Virus record (IMG/VR): IMGVR_UViG_2724679238_000007
Location: 1-42,109 of that record
Source of the DNA: a virus
Taxonomy: Duplodnaviria > Heunggongvirae > Uroviricota > Caudoviricetes
DNA length: 42,109 nucleotides
Reading direction: 5' to 3' (one strand)
Made by a program: the position numbers and the translations under genes. Shown in pieces: positions 37,533 to 42,109 of this stretch. Under the pieces are notes generated by a model, which did no database searches, had not been told where the DNA came from, and saw only the letters and a list, made by a program, of their open reading frames with translations. Every line of letters starts with the position of its first letter. Within the stretch, counting starts at the first letter, position 1.

Positions 37533-37888
37533 TGGCCAACAATAACGAAATTGATCCTTTACTGACGCTGGAGTTATCCGGCGTAAAAACGTATGAGTCC
37601 CAGGAGGAGGCCTGGGGCGCTCGTTTATATGAGTGGCTAAACACTTATCAGGGTGAGGTATACGGCGATCCGTCATGGGGCAATGTTTTACCGCAGTTTA
37701 AACACGAACCGACCAACTTGTCGCATGTTCAAATTGCGGTTGAGGCCATGCTTTTGCAAAAGTTGACGGTGGATTTACCCGACATACCTATTTCTGGCTT
37801 GTCAGTAGCCGAGGGAGATGCTTTTGATAAGTTGAAAATATCCATTCGTATCAGGGATATAACTATCACACAGGACGTGGTGCTATGA
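37529..37888 (+). CDS. baseplate wedge protein, gpW/gp25-like (candidate)
   Basis: 119 aa; size and position (directly after the tape-measure gene, overlapping both neighbours by 4 nt) typical of gpW/gp25. Confidence 0.4.
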   Translation: MMANNNEIDPLLTLELSGVKTYESQEEAWGARLYEWLNTYQGEVYGDPSWGNVLPQFKHEPTNLSHVQIAVEAMLLQKLTVDLPDIPISGLSVAEGDAFDKLKISIRIRDITITQDVVL

Positions 37889-39318
37889 ATAAAACAACAC
37901 CAACTAAAGACAGTATTCGTGCAGAGTTTGAAGAGCTTGTCGAGAAAGATTCATTCTGGTCTAAGTTTGTCGGCTCTCAATTTGTCTCGATGCTGACATT
38001 GTTTATTACCCAGATTGTCTACAGGTGCTTTCAGTATGCCGATGCGGCGCTGGCTGAAGGCTTTATATCGACCGCGACGCGGCGTTCCTCTATCCTGGCA
38101 GCGGCAGAAACGAATAGTTACGTTGGTACCAAGCCAACACCATCATCGGGGATGATTGAGATCACCGCCACAAGTGAAGATGCCCCAGTGGTAATCCCCA
38201 AAAACATGCCTTTAATATCTGACGACCAGTACCCTTACATGACTATGGATGTATGCAGGTTGGTTGACGGCACCGGTACGGTAGAAGTGGCACAGTTGGA
38301 AATCCAGGAGGTGACATATACCGTTACGGCAGCCAAAGAATTTCTGGAAGTCGTGTTATCAAAGGCTCTCACTGCTGTCTGCTATAAGCTGGAAGTATTC
38401 GTGACGACCGATGGTAAGACCACGCAGTGGTCTTCCAGCACTATGTTCCGGTTAGCCGGTAGTAAAAGCCAGGTCTACGTTGAGTTTTATAAACCATCCG
38501 AGCAGTTGGGGGTTCGATTCGGCGATGGGCTAATTGGGCAAATACCGCCAGAAGGCTCGACAATTACGCTTAAGGTATGGTGCACCAACGGCGATATAAC
38601 CCTGGTTGCTGGCCAAAACCTGACGCCTGTCGATTCTGCGGCTAATTTAGCTAATTTGATTTCAGTTAAGACAACGACACCTATAACCGCAGGTACCGAT
38701 GCCGAAACAACGGAGATCACACGTAACCGTGCACAATATTACCTTGCATATGATGATCAGGTCGTATGGGGCGGGGACTATACGTATTTTCTGGTGCGTA
38801 ACATCCCGGGACTGTCCTGGGTAAAGGCATGGGGCGAGGGTCAGCAAGAAAAATTAGATGGTGCTTATAATGTTCAGAATATCAATAAGATATTTATTTC
38901 AGGATGGCATCCGAATAAAAGTCAGTCAGAGCTTGAAGAAATGATCCTGGCCGCCTTTAAGAAGGTGCCGAATGAGTTGAACAAGAAATTCTCGTATAAA
39001 GAGGTCAGAAAACTACCCTTTAAGATCACCATCACCGGGCGGATATCGGCAAGCCTGACCATTGAGAACGTAACCGATGAGCTGAAGTCGGCACTGGAAA
39101 CAAAATTTGGGCGCGACTCAACTTTCTTTGATCCGAACCGCGTCGGAAAGTACATCCTGATTAAGAAAAAAGATGTTTGGGCGTTTATCGAAACGCTAGG
39201 TTATTTCCGCGACTTTTATCTGGAATTTGTCGAGTGGAATGAGTCCAACGGCTTTTACGATTTCGTTTATCTGGATACAGAAAACTCCACCTTTAATATT
39301 TCGTATGAGGAGGAGTGA
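37885..39318 (+). CDS. baseplate protein, gpJ/gp6-like (candidate)
   Basis: 477 aa; follows the gp25-like gene with a 4-nt overlap. Confidence 0.4.
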   Translation: MNKTTPTKDSIRAEFEELVEKDSFWSKFVGSQFVSMLTLFITQIVYRCFQYADAALAEGFISTATRRSSILAAAETNSYVGTKPTPSSGMIEITATSEDAPVVIPKNMPLISDDQYPYMTMDVCRLVDGTGTVEVAQLEIQEVTYTVTAAKEFLEVVLSKALTAVCYKLEVFVTTDGKTTQWSSSTMFRLAGSKSQVYVEFYKPSEQLGVRFGDGLIGQIPPEGSTITLKVWCTNGDITLVAGQNLTPVDSAANLANLISVKTTTPITAGTDAETTEITRNRAQYYLAYDDQVVWGGDYTYFLVRNIPGLSWVKAWGEGQQEKLDGAYNVQNINKIFISGWHPNKSQSELEEMILAAFKKVPNELNKKFSYKEVRKLPFKITITGRISASLTIENVTDELKSALETKFGRDSTFFDPNRVGKYILIKKKDVWAFIETLGYFRDFYLEFVEWNESNGFYDFVYLDTENSTFNISYEEE

Positions 39319-40154
39319 TGCAACGTTCCTGGTTTAATAACCGACTTACATCAGCTAAGCAAAAGTCATTGCTCTATAAATCATTGGCTGATTTGGTTCA
39401 GTCAATGATAGACACCTTTGTTGACCCATGGTTGGAGCGAATTACCAACCGGAAGTCTATTTTCTCCATGAGCAAGGAGGATCTGGAGACCAGGACAAAT
39501 GAACTTGGCCAGTTCTTTACTATCAGAACTTCGAACTCATCTTCCGTTCCGATGTTGTTACAACAGCGGCTTGATGAGATCCACTTTAAGGGAACTGAAC
39601 GCCCTATAAACCAGACAATTTACCGCGAATTTAACGGTATTTCTGTTTTATGGGATCCGATATATGCACCGGTGGACCTTGAGCGTCATCCCTACGGCAC
39701 AGTTCTAATACCAGAAAGCACACTGGAGACTACCGGCGGCACATTCGGTGAGATGTTTCTGACTTCCAGAGGGATGATCAGTATTCCCATAAACGACCTG
39801 GCCCGGACAATGGGAATTACTGGCACGATAGATCAGTCCGCAATTACAGAAGAAATTCTCAGAAAGTTTAATCAGTTCGTAAAGCCTCTACTGCCACTGC
39901 ATATAGTGTTTGATGGGCTTACGCTCTATTTGTCGGTTGTTGTAAATGAACAGGCCGACATGATCACTTTGAACGAGATTTCTGATACCGAAAAAGCGTA
40001 CTGCTGGTTTGAAACTTCGGATACAACTTCGCTTACTGGAGTTACGTCGATTAGCGCCCCGATCACCGCAACGCCGGGCGGCACTATTGTGAAAGCCACA
40101 CCTACGTTTGATCGCACCCGTGCAGATGATTTGTTGCTGGATAGCGATGTCTGA
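39315..40154 (+). CDS. hypothetical baseplate/tail protein
   Basis: 279 aa; overlapping start; between baseplate and tail-fibre genes. Confidence 0.4.
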   Translation: MMQRSWFNNRLTSAKQKSLLYKSLADLVQSMIDTFVDPWLERITNRKSIFSMSKEDLETRTNELGQFFTIRTSNSSSVPMLLQQRLDEIHFKGTERPINQTIYREFNGISVLWDPIYAPVDLERHPYGTVLIPESTLETTGGTFGEMFLTSRGMISIPINDLARTMGITGTIDQSAITEEILRKFNQFVKPLLPLHIVFDGLTLYLSVVVNEQADMITLNEISDTEKAYCWFETSDTTSLTGVTSISAPITATPGGTIVKATPTFDRTRADDLLLDSDV

Positions 40155-40232
40155 TAACAACCCCGTCCGCAGGGCGGGGTGACAAGTTACTTCTCTTACA
40201 ATGAGGCTTCACAACATTGATTAGGGAAAATC

Positions 40233-40667
40233 ATGTCTGACGTCTCAACAAACCTCTATAAGAGTCAGTTGTTGGACTATTACTATCAGCGGCGCGCTGA
40301 ATCGTCCATTAACAAAGGCTCTCGATTTTTAATCAGCAAGGCCGTTTTCGGTACCAGTTCACTGGTTACTAAGAAAGGAGATGGCACTTATGAGATTGGA
40401 GAACTGCCAAAGGCTTTCGATCTGGCAGAACTGACCAGTCAATTTTGCACCATCAACCTCGTGCCAACCTACTCAGGTGGGATAATTACTGTCCGGATGG
40501 ACCTTGATCAAAGCCAGTTGCAGGAAGGGAAAAACTACCCATTCAACACTCTGGTTGTTCTGGATAACGAGAACAAGCCAATCGCCATTATTTGTGTCCA
40601 GGAAGACTCGCTGTATGTGGGCAAAACATATACCGCAGTTATGGCCATAAACACGACTACAGCATAA
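40233..40667 (+). CDS. hypothetical tail protein
   Basis: 144 aa; SD GGGAAAA; immediately upstream of the tail-fibre gene. Confidence 0.4.
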   Translation: MSDVSTNLYKSQLLDYYYQRRAESSINKGSRFLISKAVFGTSSLVTKKGDGTYEIGELPKAFDLAELTSQFCTINLVPTYSGGIITVRMDLDQSQLQEGKNYPFNTLVVLDNENKPIAIICVQEDSLYVGKTYTAVMAINTTTA

Positions 40668-40678
40668 GGATATGCTTG

Positions 40679-42109
40679 ATGAATGACGTTACAGTTGTCA
40701 CATCGGTTACTTACCCATCACCCGAGTCGTTGGCTCTGGTGGCTGATGTGCAATACCACGAACCATATCTGTCAGCCGCGCTAAACCGAAAATTCAGGGG
40801 GATTGTTGACCCGGGATTTTATGCCGGTTTCTTACCTAAGCCTGGCGGTGGGATGAACCTGTTAATCACCTCAGTGGATGGTGATAAAACTGCTGGCGCT
40901 GCGTCAGTGGATATTGGTGAATTCTACCAGGTAACTATTCAGCAACTTAAGGATATTTCTCTTGCACTTAGTGCAGGCAAGAAATATGCAATCGTTTTGA
41001 AGGGAAGATATATCCTTGGAGAAGATACCTATCAGGTTAATACCGCGTCACATATTCATGCGGCTGAATTTATTGCCAGAATCTATACCGATTCATATCA
41101 GTTGGGAGATGGGGAGCTACTTGTTTGTACGGTAAATATCCCTGCTGGCGTATCTGCCATTACCCAGGAAATGATTGATACATCTGAGCGTATCAACCGC
41201 ACGATCGGCATTGAAATATCAGACTCTGTAACCAGCACCAGAAGTGATGTTGCGGCAAGTTCGCTGGCAGTTAAAAAAGCCTACGATCTGGCGAAAAGTA
41301 AGTATACGGCGCAGGATGCAAGCACAACGCAAAAGGGATTAGTTCAGCTCAGTAGCACAATTGACAGCGACAGCGAAACAATGGCGGCCACCCCTAAAGC
41401 CGTTAAGTCTGTAAAAGAACTGGCTGATACCAAAGCGCCAATAGAAAGCCCGAATCTGACAGGGAAACCAGGTGCCCCGACTGCGGCCCCAGGTACAAAC
41501 AGTAATCAGATCGCGAATACAGCATTTGTTCATGCAGCTATAAGCGCGCTTATCAACGGCGCCCCGGGAACACTGGATACGCTGAAAGAAATTGCTGCTG
41601 CTATCAACAACGATCCGAAGTTCAGCACGACTATCAATAATGCGCTGAATCTTAAGGCTCCTTTAGCAAGCCCTGCATTCACCGGAATACCTACCGCGCC
41701 TACAGCACCGCAGGGTACAAATAATACACAGATAGCAACGACTGCTTATGTTAGGGCGGCTATTTCCGCATTGGTCGGTTCATCTCCTGAAGCTCTGGAT
41801 ACTCTGAATGAGTTAGCTGCGGCGCTTGGCAATGACCCGAACTTTGCGACAACCATGACCAATGCACTGGCAGGGAAACAGCCTCTTGATGCAACCTTAA
41901 CCGCGCTCGCTGCCCTTGCGACTGGTGCAAATAAACTGCCTTATTTCACCGGTAAGGATACGGTAGCGCAGACTGATTTAACGTCAGTCGGTCGCGATAT
42001 TCTGGCTAAAACAAGCACACTGGCCGTTATCCAATACCTTGGTTTAAGAGAACTTGGCACAAGCGGTGAAAAGATCCCCCTGTTGAGCACGGCTAACACA
42101 TGGAGTGCA
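40679..42109 (+). CDS. tail fibre protein, N-terminal part (3'-truncated by the window edge)
   Basis: ATG at 40679 with TAAGGA SD; repeated tail-fibre motifs (...TGxPxAPTAPxGTNxxQIAxTAxV...AAISAL...); open to the window end. Confidence 0.8.
   Translation, partial: MNDVTVVTSVTYPSPESLALVADVQYHEPYLSAALNRKFRGIVDPGFYAGFLPKPGGGMNLLITSVDGDKTAGAASVDIGEFYQVTIQQLKDISLALSAGKKYAIVLKGRYILGEDTYQVNTASHIHAAEFIARIYTDSYQLGDGELLVCTVNIPAGVSAITQEMIDTSERINRTIGIEISDSVTSTRSDVAASSLAVKKAYDLAKSKYTAQDASTTQKGLVQLSSTIDSDSETMAATPKAVKSVKELADTKAPIESPNLTGKPGAPTAAPGTNSNQIANTAFVHAAISALINGAPGTLDTLKEIAAAINNDPKFSTTINNALNLKAPLASPAFTGIPTAPTAPQGTNNTQIATTAYVRAAISALVGSSPEALDTLNELAAALGNDPNFATTMTNALAGKQPLDATLTALAALATGANKLPYFTGKDTVAQTDLTSVGRDILAKTSTLAVIQYLGLRELGTSGEKIPLLSTANTWSA

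Overview
This window reads as a segment of a P1-like temperate phage-plasmid from an enterobacterial host. It is not integrated (no integrase or transposase is visible) and carries its own plasmid maintenance functions. The assignment rests on several independent signals read directly from the sequence: a ParA/ParB pair followed by a parS-type site built from TCGCCA and ATTTCAC boxes; a RepA initiator flanked by iteron arrays with a DnaA box and a GATC cluster; a DnaB-like helicase (Ban); and at least five copies of the asymmetric C1-repressor operator ATTGCTCTAATAAATTT in front of early operons. Gene content from left to right: baseplate genes, a c4-icd-ant immunity module, dbn-ban with a tRNA and tciA-like genes, a Dcm-Dam fusion methyltransferase (Dmt) with an RdgC homologue, a spanin pair, the RepA replicon, partition genes, head and sheath genes, a Lom/Ail outer-membrane protein, repL-kilA, a second c4-icd-ant module, then a Sit-like transglycosylase, baseplate genes and the start of a tail fibre gene. 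The most notable findings are (1) a 341-codon LAGLIDADG-type intein inserted exactly at the catalytic cysteine of the Dmt C5-methyltransferase domain, (2) two c4-icd-ant modules whose antisense and target octamers have co-varied, implying two immunity specificities in one genome, (3) a 133-nt tRNA-like gene with an insertion where the anticodon arm should be, and (4) several apparent accessory insertions (T5orf172-domain gene, Lom/Ail gene, an AT-rich lipoprotein pair). All calls are from manual reading of the sequence and ORF track; no database search or folding program was run.
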